From: an uncultured Thiosulfatimonas sp.
GTDB lineage: Bacteria; Pseudomonadota; Gammaproteobacteria; Thiomicrospirales; Thiomicrospiraceae
NCBI GenBank assembly: GCA_964574275.1
Contig: CAZNML010000003.1
Coordinates: 1-51,131, forward strand
Direction of reading: 5' to 3'
Length of the DNA: 51,131 nt
This document shows, piece by piece, positions 10,694 to 21,000 of the stretch. The notes beneath the pieces are model-generated. The model saw only the letters and a list, made by a program, of their open reading frames with translations. It made no database searches and was not told the origin of the DNA. The position numbers and the translations under genes were made by a program. Position 1 is the stretch's first letter. Every line of letters begins with the position of its first letter.

Positions 10694-12196
10694 TTATTTT
10701 TTCACGCCCCAAGCGTAAGAGTACATTGCCTGCCAAGAAGTCTGGCTGTGGTCAACTTCAATTCCTGTTGAAGTGTTTGTATCTCTCACGTTAGCTGCAA
10801 GTGTTACTGAGAAGTCAACTGTGCTCTCTTTGCTTAACTTGTAACCGAAACCACCTGTTAGGTGACCTTTGATCGTCGCTGGGAATAGTGGGTTCAGTGT
10901 TGATGAAGGAACCGGGTTGTTGGCGATGTTCATACCACCACGTAGAGTCAGCTTCTCAGATGACTGGTACTGAGCACCCATCATTACTACAGTCTGGTCA
11001 TTCCAGTTCTGATCCATAGTCACATCAAGTACGGTATTAGCGAAACCACCGTTAGTCGCACTGCTGTCTGCTGTGAATGTCATAGCGAACTGTTTCATAG
11101 TGTTAGCCCAGCCGATGTGTTTCACATCACCGGAAACCATCCACTTTTCACTTGGCTTATGTGTGAAACCAAGTGCAAAGGTTTCTGGCCACTGGAAGTC
11201 TTTAACTTTGATTTCACCGGTTAGAGGAACTGTGACGGTATCAATTACAGCGTTTGGAGTACCTGTAGTGAAGTAACCTGTATCCCCTTCAACCTGCATG
11301 CTTAATGCTGCTTTCCCTGTGAAGTCGCTCATATTTGTTTTTGTATGGTATGACGCACCAAATGTGGTCTTAGGTGACATTTTGTAGGTAAAACCTAGTT
11401 TTCCACCCATACCAGTTCCGCTGGTCTTTTGAGAGAAATCACTGTTATCCGAGAAGTCAAAACGCGCCCAGTTAACATCGGTAATTAAGCCACCAGTCAT
11501 AGCTCCTTGAAGACCTTGTGCCATGGTGCCGCCAACAGAGCCGCCATTACCCGCCATTAGCTGGCCGAAGTTTGCACCGTCCATATCCATCTGCAGGTCC
11601 ATTCCACCCCAGACGTAATCGATCGATGCACCAATGTTTAGTTTGTCGGTGATGTCGTAGTTGATTGGTACAATCAAGCGACCCACACCTACTTCAGAAC
11701 GGATTGTGTCACCGCTTAAAGTGGTCATGTTTGCAGGGTCTGTGTTTCCTGTATTGTTCAGTGAGTTACCGAATGCAAATAGGTCACCAGACGCACCAGT
11801 CAAGTCAGCTTTACCGTAGTCAGTACCCATACCACCTTGAGCCATGACACCCACACCCCAGGTTAGGCGGTTCTTTTTAGTTGCGTAACCGAAGCCAGGC
11901 ATTAGGAATGAACCTTTAGAGTTTGATTTCAATCCCATTGCGTGCTTAGAGCTGATTGATGGGTGAAGTCCACCAACCGCGATCTGGAACTTGTTACCCT
12001 CTTTAGAGCCTAGACCCATAGTAGCCGGGTTGTTCATCATCCCACCCAGACCGTTGTTGTATGCTGAAGCAGTTCCACCCATAGCTGTTGATACAGGACC
12101 GTAACCTTCCATATTCATACCGTTTGTAGCAAAAGCTTGTGAGCTCATTAATGCCGCTGAAGCGATGGCTAGTGCAATTCTTGTTTTTTTCATCAA
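10694..12196 (-). CDS. OmpP1/FadL/TodX family outer-membrane hydrophobic-compound channel
   Basis: Signal peptide ending AFA; TNGMNMEGYG..AMGG; NNPA hatch motif; beta-barrel alternation; WNDQ and LTLRGG motifs. Confidence 0.88.
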   Translation of the reverse strand: MMKKTRIALAIASAALMSSQAFATNGMNMEGYGPVSTAMGGTASAYNNGLGGMMNNPATMGLGSKEGNKFQIAVGGLHPSISSKHAMGLKSNSKGSFLMPGFGYATKKNRLTWGVGVMAQGGMGTDYGKADLTGASGDLFAFGNSLNNTGNTDPANMTTLSGDTIRSEVGVGRLIVPINYDITDKLNIGASIDYVWGGMDLQMDMDGANFGQLMAGNGGSVGGTMAQGLQGAMTGGLITDVNWARFDFSDNSDFSQKTSGTGMGGKLGFTYKMSPKTTFGASYHTKTNMSDFTGKAALSMQVEGDTGYFTTGTPNAVIDTVTVPLTGEIKVKDFQWPETFALGFTHKPSEKWMVSGDVKHIGWANTMKQFAMTFTADSSATNGGFANTVLDVTMDQNWNDQTVVMMGAQYQSSEKLTLRGGMNIANNPVPSSTLNPLFPATIKGHLTGGFGYKLSKESTVDFSVTLAANVRDTNTSTGIEVDHSQTSWQAMYSYAWGVKK

Positions 12197-12549
12197 ACTG
12201 TTCTCTTTATTTATTGTTTGTTGTATCAGCAGAATGGACTGCTTTGTTGAATTCGTGAGTAACTATGCCTGAAAGTATTAGCGTTTCATAATTAAAAGAT
12301 TTTTATAGGTTATTAGTATGATTGATTTAGTTAATGGGTGATAAGTTTAAGTTATATGTCAATAATTTAGGGTGATTTCAACTTGAATTAAGTTGTTGAA
12401 AATAAACGGGAATAGTGATTGAGTAGGGTGGTGGTTGAAAGGGTGGGCTAAGTTCTGTTTATGGGGTGGTTAACACTATTGAATAGATAAAAAAGCGTAT
12501 ATAAAATTTTTTATTGTTTGTGCTGCTCTAGTGATGGAATTGCAGATAT

Positions 12550-12578
12550 AAAAAAACCGCTTTGCAGCGGTTTTTTTT
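12550..12578. terminator. Intrinsic terminator downstream of the DUF302 gene
   Basis: AAAAAAACCGCT-TTGC-AGCGGTTTTTTTT. Confidence 0.85.
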
Positions 12579-12587
12579 CGGAAAAGA

Positions 12588-12609
12588 AACTGACCAGGCC
12601 TGGTCAGTT
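12588..12609. repeat. 22-bp perfect palindrome AACTGACCAGGCCTGGTCAGTT (CAGGCCTG family)
   Basis: Direct reading; intergenic. Confidence 0.9.
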
Positions 12610-12625
12610 CTGTTAAGCGGTCGGC

Positions 12626-13195
12626 TTAGAATTCACCTGCTTTACCGTTTTGTAGCATTTCCCACATAGCGTTACGCACTTCCATTGTCGCTTCTAAAAG
12701 CTCTGGTGGCATTTTTTTACCCATTTTGATCGCCATGTCCATGTTCATTGTGTAGATGTGAAGACCATCTTCTTCTTCAACAATGTTTACACGACAAGGT
12801 AGGAAACCACCCATTGCTGGAGAGAAATCAACCATTTTACGTGCTGTTTCTGGGTTACAGAAAGACATTACGTGAATCACTTTTGAATCAATTCCACGTG
12901 CTTTCAGCTCTTCTGAAAGTGGTAGCTCACCCACGTTTTTGATGTTGCGGTTAACACCTACCGCGTTGATTGCGTCAATCACGTCTTCAAGTTCAACACC
13001 TTCGTCAACTTTAACTTCCCACATGGTTGCATCAGCGATATCGCCTTCTGCTTCAACCCACTTATCCCAGATTTCCATAAATGTTTCACCGGCACCGTCG
13101 TTTAGGTTACCGATCGCGTTCATTGTTCCACAACCTGAAAGAGTTGTAACAGCAGCTGCCAATAGAGCCGCTTTAATTGCGTGAGTGAATTTCAT
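12626..13195 (-). CDS. DUF302 domain lipoprotein
   Basis: Lipobox LSGC; DUF302-type FCNP...LPCRV cysteine pair; start placed at second Met (13195) behind GGAG. Confidence 0.82.
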   Translation of the reverse strand: MKFTHAIKAALLAAAVTTLSGCGTMNAIGNLNDGAGETFMEIWDKWVEAEGDIADATMWEVKVDEGVELEDVIDAINAVGVNRNIKNVGELPLSEELKARGIDSKVIHVMSFCNPETARKMVDFSPAMGGFLPCRVNIVEEEDGLHIYTMNMDMAIKMGKKMPPELLEATMEVRNAMWEMLQNGKAGEF

Positions 13196-13350
13196 TGATT
13201 TGTACTCCATTTAGTATTGAGTTTGTTGGCTAACCAACTTTTAACGCTGTGTAGATTACCTCTATATTAAGTAAAAAGGAATATTAAATTTTTTGGTGTT
13301 TAATAATTTAATTTTATTAAAATTTTCTAATACTCTTATATTAGCCCGTA

Positions 13351-14475
13351 TTAATGGGCTTTAAAGCCCATTCGGGACAGGACTTTACGTAGCTCGATAT
13401 GGTTATTGGTTTCAATAATATGTTGTTGCCACTCTCGATGAACCGGGTAGTTTCGGCGGTAATCTTCATAACTTTTGTGAAGTTGAGTGATCTGTGAATG
13501 ACGGATCGCCTGGTCATCATCGAGCGGGTTGTAGGTTTTTAGACAGATATCGGTGATCTGTATCTGCAGGCTGTCAAACTGCTGTGCCACGATTCTATCT
13601 GGTGCTGGTGGCAATGCGGCTTTCCACTGGGTTTGCGGTTCAATGCCCCAGTGCTGACACAGCTGCAGATAGACCATCTCTGTGCCGGCTATTTTGGCGT
13701 CCAAAGAGTGGCCTGCGATATGCGGGGTAGCAATGGAGGCTGTTTGATAGAGCTGTTCATCAATATGCGGTTCATTGACCCAGCAGTCAATAATATTGGT
13801 CAAGGTTTGCGTTTTACTCCAGGCCTGTTCATTAATAATGCCGCCGCGTGCCGCGTTAATGACTATTTGATTGGCGCTGATGTTTTTGAGTTGTACCTCG
13901 CCAATCAGGTCTTGGGTAGGATGCGCCCCGCTGGTGGTCAACGGGGTGTGTACAGTAATAATGTCCGCTTTTAGACAGCTCTCTAGATCACTGTATTGTG
14001 TTGCTAACTGCGGCTGCAGCTCAACTTTAGGTGGGTCATTCAGTAAACAGCTCATGCCCAGCGCACGCGCTTTTTGATAAACCAGGCTGCCGACATTACC
14101 GACCCCAATAATAGCCAGACTTTTCTGACTCAGATCAAACTGGTGTTTTTCTGCGGTCAGCAGTAGGCTGGTCATAATGTATTCGGCCACCGAGTTGGCG
14201 TTGCAGCCCTGTGCAGAGTAGAAGTGGATGCCACGCTCTTGCAGGTAACTCTGGTCAACATGATCCAGACCGACCACGGTGCTGCCGACAAAGGAGACCG
14301 AGCTGTGCTCCAGCAGTGCCTGGTTGATCTGTGTGCGGGAACGAATAATAAGTGCATCGGCCTGTTTGGCTGTTTGGGCATCGATACTCTTACCGGGTAT
14401 CAGTTTTAAGTTTCCGAGGTGTTGGAACATCTCTTTGGCGTAAGGGATGGCATCGTCAATAATAATGGTTTTCAC
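13351..14475 (-). CDS. pdxB: Erythronate-4-phosphate dehydrogenase
   Basis: ALIIRSRT, GLDHVD, GCNANSVAEY, IIGVGNVG, TPHIAGHS; GTG start. Confidence 0.94.
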   Translation of the reverse strand: MKTIIIDDAIPYAKEMFQHLGNLKLIPGKSIDAQTAKQADALIIRSRTQINQALLEHSSVSFVGSTVVGLDHVDQSYLQERGIHFYSAQGCNANSVAEYIMTSLLLTAEKHQFDLSQKSLAIIGVGNVGSLVYQKARALGMSCLLNDPPKVELQPQLATQYSDLESCLKADIITVHTPLTTSGAHPTQDLIGEVQLKNISANQIVINAARGGIINEQAWSKTQTLTNIIDCWVNEPHIDEQLYQTASIATPHIAGHSLDAKIAGTEMVYLQLCQHWGIEPQTQWKAALPPAPDRIVAQQFDSLQIQITDICLKTYNPLDDDQAIRHSQITQLHKSYEDYRRNYPVHREWQQHIIETNNHIELRKVLSRMGFKAH

Positions 14476-14562
14476 AAGTTGCCTGCCTGTTAGCGGGTTA
14501 TTGATTTAAAGGCGCTATTATAAGTTATCATGTGGCAAAAAATATCAAGCTAGGAAGGTTTA

Positions 14563-15195
14563 ATGAGTGCAAAGAGTCAAAAGGTGTTGATTGATGGGCC
14601 GCAGGGCCAGCTGGAGTTGCGTGTTAAGGGGGTTGTGGGTGAGTCGATGGAAGAGGCACCTGCTAAGTTTGTGGTGATTAGCCACCCGCACCCCGAGTTT
14701 GGAGGCACCATGGATAATAAGGTGGTGACCACGCTGGAACGTACCTTTCAAGGTTTGGGCTATGGCACGGTGACCTATAACTTTAGAGGGGTGGGTGACA
14801 GTGATGGCGACTATGATGGCGGAGTCGGCGAGCAGCAGGACCTGAGCTTTGTGGTTGAGTGGCTGCGTCAGCAAACTGAACTGCAAACATTGGTTTTGGC
14901 GGGCTTCTCTTTTGGAGCCTTTATCGCTCTGTCTGCTCAGCCCACTTTGCAGGCGGACCGCCTTCTGGTAGTGGCGCCACCGGTTGGGTTGTATGATTTT
15001 TCTGCGATTGCAGAGGTGGAGCAGCCGTGGGATATGGTGGTCGGACTTGAGGATGAGGTGATCGAGGTCAAAGAGATGATGGACTGGGCGATGGCAAGAT
15101 CTTTGAAACCGAGTTTGTACTGTAAATCGGGAGCGAGCCACTTCTTTCATGGTCAACTGGTGTGGCTGAAAAAGATGGTTATGTCAATATATTAG
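14563..15195 (+). CDS. Alpha/beta hydrolase
   Basis: HPHPEFGGTMDNKVV, FRGVGDSDG, GFSFG nucleophile elbow, HFFHG. Confidence 0.9.
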   Translation: MSAKSQKVLIDGPQGQLELRVKGVVGESMEEAPAKFVVISHPHPEFGGTMDNKVVTTLERTFQGLGYGTVTYNFRGVGDSDGDYDGGVGEQQDLSFVVEWLRQQTELQTLVLAGFSFGAFIALSAQPTLQADRLLVVAPPVGLYDFSAIAEVEQPWDMVVGLEDEVIEVKEMMDWAMARSLKPSLYCKSGASHFFHGQLVWLKKMVMSIY

Positions 15196-15250
15196 TATTT
15201 ACTTATATGATTGCGTTACGTATAATTCTCATATTAGAAAATTCTTATAT
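15189..15250 (+). promoter_or_regulatory. Sigma70-type promoter flanked by two 20-bp operator-like boxes
   Basis: TTTACT(15198-15203)-17 bp-TATAAT(15221-15226); boxes ATATTAGTATTTACTTATAT (15189-15208) and ATATTAGAAAATTCTTATAT (15231-15250). Confidence 0.65.
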
Positions 15251-15346
15251 GTTAATAAGCTTGTGTTATACCCTGAAAATAGGTAAGGTTAGGCCGTTTT
15301 AGGTTAAAAAACTTTGAATGGACGGCTGTTTCATTTTCGGTGAAGT

Positions 15347-15375
15347 AAAAAAGGATGTTGTGACATCCTTTTTTT
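15347..15375 (+). terminator. Terminator-like hairpin 60 nt upstream of the tolC-like start
   Basis: AAAAAAGGATGT-TGTG-ACATCCTTTTTTT. Confidence 0.75.
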
Positions 15376-15435
15376 GCATTTCAAGGAAGCTGAAAGAGTC
15401 GGTTTTTTCGGGTTTACACGGCATACGGAGTCAAT

Positions 15436-16857
15436 ATGAAGCAGCAAAACAAGTCTGGTTTGCAATTAAAGAGCTTGGCGATGGCCATGGCGTTCGCATT
15501 CCCAGTTGTGGGTGAGGCAGCTAAAGTAGGTGCTGAAACCACCTATGAGTTTAATACTTGTGTTGAAACAACACTGAATCAAAACCCTGAGATGTCTGTC
15601 AGTGCCGCGCGCATTAAACAGGCTGAGTCGGCGCTGAATGAAGCAAGCAATAGCCGCCTTCCACAAATTACCGCATCGTTAACGGCTTCGAACTCGGATA
15701 ATGCCCTGAACGTATTTGGCATGAAATTGCAACAGCGTCAAGCGGCGTTGGCAGATTTTGGTTTTGACAATACCACGGCTAACGCTTTCGCAACCGGTGA
15801 CTACGCTCACCAGCCAGACGCGCTGAATAATCCGGATGCCCATACCGACTTTAATACCCGTATTGAGATGCTGATCCCGGTCTATAACGGTGGCAAGATC
15901 AGCAGCTATCAAAACCAGGCTAAGGCGATGATTAAAGCGGCTCAAAATGGGGATGCCGCCGTAAAACAGTTTTTAACCTTCAATGTCTATCAAGCCTATG
16001 AAGCGGTACACACTGCCCGTGCGTTTATTGAGGTATCTGAAAAAGCGGTATTGGCAGCGGACTCCTATGTTAAGACCACTTCAAACCTGGTGAAAGAGGG
16101 GATTCTGGTGCGTTCGGAGTTACTGAGCGCCAAGGTTAACCAATCTAACGCCCGCATGGCATTAGAAAAAGCCAAGAACCAGGAAGCGATTGCCCTTGAA
16201 AGCCTGAGAATGTTGATGGCTTTAGATCAGTCTGCCGCTTTTGATATTGGTGATCGTAAAGATATCGATCTACCGGCCGGGAATGTCGATGAGTTGATCT
16301 CTATGGCTTTATCAAATAATCCAGAGCTTGAAGCTCAGCGTAACCAGGTTAGCTCAAGTTTTGCCGCCGTAGATGCAAGCAAAGCCGCACTTTATCCAAG
16401 TTTCAACTTAATGGCGCGTCATGACTGGAATGATGACGAGTTAGGTTTTGAAAGTGGTTCTTATACCGTTGCAGGTGTGGTCTCATGGAAAATTACCGAC
16501 TTTGGTGTCACAACCAGTGCGGTTGATAAGGCCAATGCCGCCGCTAAAGTCAAAGAGTCTGAACTGCGCTCTAAAGAGAATCAGTTGCGTTTAGAGGTGA
16601 TGACATCTTGGAATAAGTTGGATATTGCCGATAAGCAGGTGCGTGTTAATGAGCTGGCTGCGGAACAGGCAGAAGAGGCTCAGCGTCTGGTATTAAAGCG
16701 TTATAAAAACGGTGTAGCGACGATTACCGAAGTATTGGCAGGACAAGCGCTGCTGGATAAGGCGCGTGCAGAAGTGGTTTCAGCGACCTATGACCGTAAT
16801 GTTCAGGCCGCTAAGTTACGTTTGAATACTGGAACCATGACTCTGGCACAACTGTAA
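15436..16857 (+). CDS. TolC family outer-membrane efflux protein
   Basis: Signal peptide; two OEP repeats (LNQNPE..RLPQI, ALSNNPEL..LYPSF), PVYNGG, RYKNG; upstream of MFP and RND genes. Confidence 0.93.
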   Translation: MKQQNKSGLQLKSLAMAMAFAFPVVGEAAKVGAETTYEFNTCVETTLNQNPEMSVSAARIKQAESALNEASNSRLPQITASLTASNSDNALNVFGMKLQQRQAALADFGFDNTTANAFATGDYAHQPDALNNPDAHTDFNTRIEMLIPVYNGGKISSYQNQAKAMIKAAQNGDAAVKQFLTFNVYQAYEAVHTARAFIEVSEKAVLAADSYVKTTSNLVKEGILVRSELLSAKVNQSNARMALEKAKNQEAIALESLRMLMALDQSAAFDIGDRKDIDLPAGNVDELISMALSNNPELEAQRNQVSSSFAAVDASKAALYPSFNLMARHDWNDDELGFESGSYTVAGVVSWKITDFGVTTSAVDKANAAAKVKESELRSKENQLRLEVMTSWNKLDIADKQVRVNELAAEQAEEAQRLVLKRYKNGVATITEVLAGQALLDKARAEVVSATYDRNVQAAKLRLNTGTMTLAQL

Positions 16858-16932
16858 TCAGAATAGAGTTTGTTAACTCCTGTCTGTGGCTAGGAGTTTA
16901 AAGGGAATTAATTTTTAGTTTTGAGGTTAAAT

Positions 16933-18027
16933 ATGAAACAGCTATATAAAGTGTTAACACTGACTGTTCTTGCTTCGGCAATCGGACTATCTGGGTGTTC
17001 ACAAGAAGAAGACAGTGCGGTTAAGACAGAGAGTCAGCAGACCATTGAAGCCACCATCGGTACCGTTGAGTTAGGAACTGTGCCAATGTTGGCGGTGGTA
17101 CCAGGTGCGGTTGTTCCGGATCAGAAAGCCCAGATCTCTTCGCGACTAATTGGTTACATTAAAGATCTGAATGTAAAAGTCGGTCAAAAAGTGAAACGTG
17201 GCGAGCTGCTGTTCAGCATTGACTCTACCGATGTTAAGAGTCAGATCTCTCAAGCTCAAGCGGCTTATCAGCAAGCGGTAGCGGCGTTGAAGGATGCTAA
17301 ACTGGATAATGACCGTTTCACCAAGCTTTTCAAAGAAGACTCCGTTTCTAAACAGCAGTTTGACAAGATCAAGTTGCAGTACAGTGTTGCGCAAGAGAAC
17401 CTGGCAGCAGCTAAATCTGGTTTGGATCAGGCGAAATCTCAGCTCTCTTATGCCAACGTACGTGCACCATTTACCGGTGTAATCGTTGAAAAACTAGCGG
17501 AAGCGGGTGGTCTTGCATCACCAGGTCAGCCGATCGTAGTGATTGAAAACCTGCAGAGTGTTTCTGTACAGACTGAAGTTGCGGGTGAGCTGTTTGCAGT
17601 ACTGCGTGCCGGAGATTCAGCCTCTGTTTTAATCGATGGTCAACCTGAAGCCCTGACAGGAACCATCTATACCTTAGTAAGTGCTGCCAACCCTAAAACA
17701 CGTACTCACACTGTGAAATTAAGCCTGCCGGCAATCAGTAATGTAAACAGTGGTACCTTTGCACGTGTTAGCTTTAAGCGTGGTGAGCGTCAAACCATTA
17801 TGGTTCCAAGTACCGCGATTGTCGTTCGTGCAGGTATTCCAGGTGTGTTCGTTGTTAGCGAAGGTAAGGCTTACTTCTCTATGGTTCGTCCTGGTATGAG
17901 CATGAATGGTCAGACAGAAATTCAAGCTGGTTTGAACCTGGGTGAGCGTATTGTTATCGATAACAACCTAAGTTTATTAAATGGCGATATCGTTGAGACC
18001 GTTGCAGCAACGAATGAAGGAGCTTAA
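16933..18027 (+). CDS. RND efflux periplasmic adaptor (MFP), lipoprotein
   Basis: Lipobox LSGC; VKVGQKVKRGELL lipoyl half; VRAPFTGVI; ATG 16933 behind GAGG. Confidence 0.93.
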   Translation: MKQLYKVLTLTVLASAIGLSGCSQEEDSAVKTESQQTIEATIGTVELGTVPMLAVVPGAVVPDQKAQISSRLIGYIKDLNVKVGQKVKRGELLFSIDSTDVKSQISQAQAAYQQAVAALKDAKLDNDRFTKLFKEDSVSKQQFDKIKLQYSVAQENLAAAKSGLDQAKSQLSYANVRAPFTGVIVEKLAEAGGLASPGQPIVVIENLQSVSVQTEVAGELFAVLRAGDSASVLIDGQPEALTGTIYTLVSAANPKTRTHTVKLSLPAISNVNSGTFARVSFKRGERQTIMVPSTAIVVRAGIPGVFVVSEGKAYFSMVRPGMSMNGQTEIQAGLNLGERIVIDNNLSLLNGDIVETVAATNEGA

Positions 18028-18032
18028 TTAGC

Positions 18033-21000
18033 ATGGCTGGTAATGAAAACTCTTCTAAGGATGAGTTAAATATCGCCGGTAAATTGGCAAAGATATTTAT
18101 TCATTCTAAGATCACAATGATGATCATGATCGCGATCACCCTGGCGGGGATGATGGCGTATCTGGTTACTCCTCGTGAGTATAACCCTCAAATTATCGTA
18201 CCTGCGGCTAATATTATTGTGCCAAAAGGCGGGGCGACACCTGAAGAAGTTTCTAATATGGCGATCAAGCCGTTAGAAGCGATTATGAATGCCTTGCCGG
18301 GGGTGGATCACACCTTTGGTTTTGCAGCGAATGACTTCGGTGTGGTGACGGTCCAGTTTGAAGTGGGTGAAAACCAAGTAGACAGTCTGGTTAAGGTTTA
18401 TAACCAGCTGATGCAGAACATGGATAAGATGCCGCCGGATACGCAGCAGCCGATTATCAAGCCGATTAACGTGGATGATGTACCAATTATGACCTTGGCG
18501 ATTACCTCAGATGAGCTACCAGGGGTCGCGTTGCGTGATGTGTCGTTAAAATTGGTTGAGCACCTGCGTAATGTACCGGGTGTCTCGTTTACCGATGTAG
18601 TCGGTGGTGACCGTCGTGCGGTGAATGTCTGGTTGGATGCGCAGAAGATTGCCTTAACCGGTCTGACTTTAGAGCAGATCAGTGAGATGTTGAAAGGTTC
18701 TAACGTCTCTATGCCGGTTGGTTCTTTGGTTAACAACAACAAAAATGAGCTGGTTCGTGTAAACGGTTATCTGGGTAATGCCCAAGAGGTGGGTTCAATT
18801 ATTATCGGTGCGGATATGGGGCGTCCTATCTTCCTGCGCGATATCGCCATGATTGAGGACGCACCTCAAGAGGCGGACTCTTATACGCGTATCGGTTACG
18901 GGCCTGAAGGTGCGAGTGATGTTCGTGGTGAGCAGACCGCTGTTACCATCAGCATTGCTAAAAAACCGGGTACTAACGCGGTGGATGTAGCAAATGCCGT
19001 ACTGGAGAAAATGGAGCACCTGAAAGCTTCGGTCGTTCCAGCCAATATTGATGTTGTGGTGACTCGTAACGATGGTGAAAAAGCCAATGCGGCGGTAAAC
19101 CTGTTGATGGAACACCTGGTGATCGCGGTCGCTTCGGTTGTGGTCATTCTGGTTATTTTCCTGGGTTGGCGTGAAGCGGGTATCGTTACCCTGACGGTGC
19201 CATTGATTCTGTTCGTGGTACTGTTTATCGGTCTATTGGCGGATCAAACCATCAACCGTATTACCCTGTTTGCCTTGATTCTATCGTTGGGGCTTCTTGT
19301 TGATGCCGCCATTGTAGTAATAGAGAACATCCACCGGCATATTCATGAAGGATTTGATCCTGATAACTTTGATGAGGTGATGATCAAAGCGACCAATGAG
19401 ATCGGTAACCCGACTAACGTGGCGACGCTGGCGGTTATTCTGGCGTTCATCCCAATGATGTTCGTTACCGGGATGATGGGACCATTTATGGGGCCGATTC
19501 CATTTAACGTGCCGGTGGCCATGATTGCATCTTTGGTGGTGGCGTATATTCTTGTACCTTATGCGGCTTACCGCTGGTTAGGTAAGAAAGCGATCAAAGA
19601 GATGCAGGAGCGTGAAAGTACCGAAGCGCATCATGTTCATCAAGAGGACTGGATGCAGAAACTTTACGTTAAGGCGATCAATCCTCTGATTGAGAGTCGC
19701 ACCAAGCGTAACCTGTTCCTGGGTGGGGTATTGATTGCCCTGTTTGCGGCGATGTTACAGCCAGCGCTGCAGTTTATGCGTGATGACGGTATGAACAATC
19801 CGCTGCATGCAGCGGGTGTTGAAGTGAAGATGTTACCTTACGATAATACCAGTACTTTCCTGGTTCAGGTTGATATGCCGGAAGATTCGGCTCTGGAAGC
19901 AACGGATCGCGTGGTCCGTCATGTTGGTACCGAGATCTCTAACCTGATGCATGTTACCGACTACAGTGTTTATCTGGGTCGTCCTGCACCGATCGACTTC
20001 GCGGCGCTGGTTCGTGGTGACTTGATTAAGCAGGGTGCCAACTTTGCTCAGATTCGAGTTAACCTGGTGGGCAAACACCACCGTTCAGAGTCGTCGCATG
20101 AGATTGCGATTATGCTGGATGAGAACTTGAAAGAGCTAAGAGCGACTTTCCCGGAAGCGAATATCAAAATCTATGAAACGCCTCCAGGTCCGCCGGTAAC
20201 GACGCAGATTATGGCGGAGTTATATGGTCCGGATTACGATAAGTTGCGTGAAGCGGCGGTTGAAGTGGATGCGGCATTTGAAAGCATCTACGGCATGATC
20301 AATGTCGATGACACTGTTACCTCTGATATGCAGACCTATGAGATCAATATTGACCGTGAGCAGTCAAACCTGTTGGGTGTAGCGCCTGCACAAATTGCAA
20401 AAATGCTGCGTGACTATATCAATGGTTACGAGCTGGGTTACATGCACTTAGACAATGTGCGTGAGTCGGTCAACATTCTGGTTCGCCTACCGAAAGCGGA
20501 ACGTACCGTTGCTGAGCAACTGCTGTCTCTACGTGTTCAGTCACGTTCTGGTCAAGCGGTGCCTCTATCTGCGGTAGCGGATATTGAGAAAGTGATGCAC
20601 GCCAAGCCGATTCTGGATCGTGACCAGCATAAAATGGTGATGGTCGGTGGTGAGCTGCTGCGTTCAAGCCCGGTTTATGCGGTACTGTCTCTGGATAAAA
20701 TGCTGGATGGCGTGACTCTGCCTGAGTCTGGTGTGACTTTCCACACCTCAAACTTAGGTTTTGTTGCGGCTGAGCCGAATGATGTGATGGATTACAACCT
20801 GCTATGGGGCGGTGAGATGCGTCTAACCTTGGATGTATTCCGTGATATGGGTAGCGCGTTTATTGTGGCATTGATCTTTATCTACTTGATCCTGGTAGGT
20901 TACTACAAGTCATTTATGATGCCGGTGATCGTAATGGGTGCCATTCCGTTGACTATGATTGGTGTATTCCCAGGTCACTGGATTACCGATCAGGCCTTTA

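Noticed and set aside
14560-15156. 198-aa antisense ORF and other shadow ORFs (e.g. 43387..43944, 39094..39561, 646..1068)
   Set aside because: Antisense or out-of-frame to well-supported genes, with no recognisable motifs
15318-15515. 65-aa ORF crossing the leader terminator as a possible leader peptide
   Set aside because: No RBS, no telling codon run, and it overlaps the tolC start out of frame
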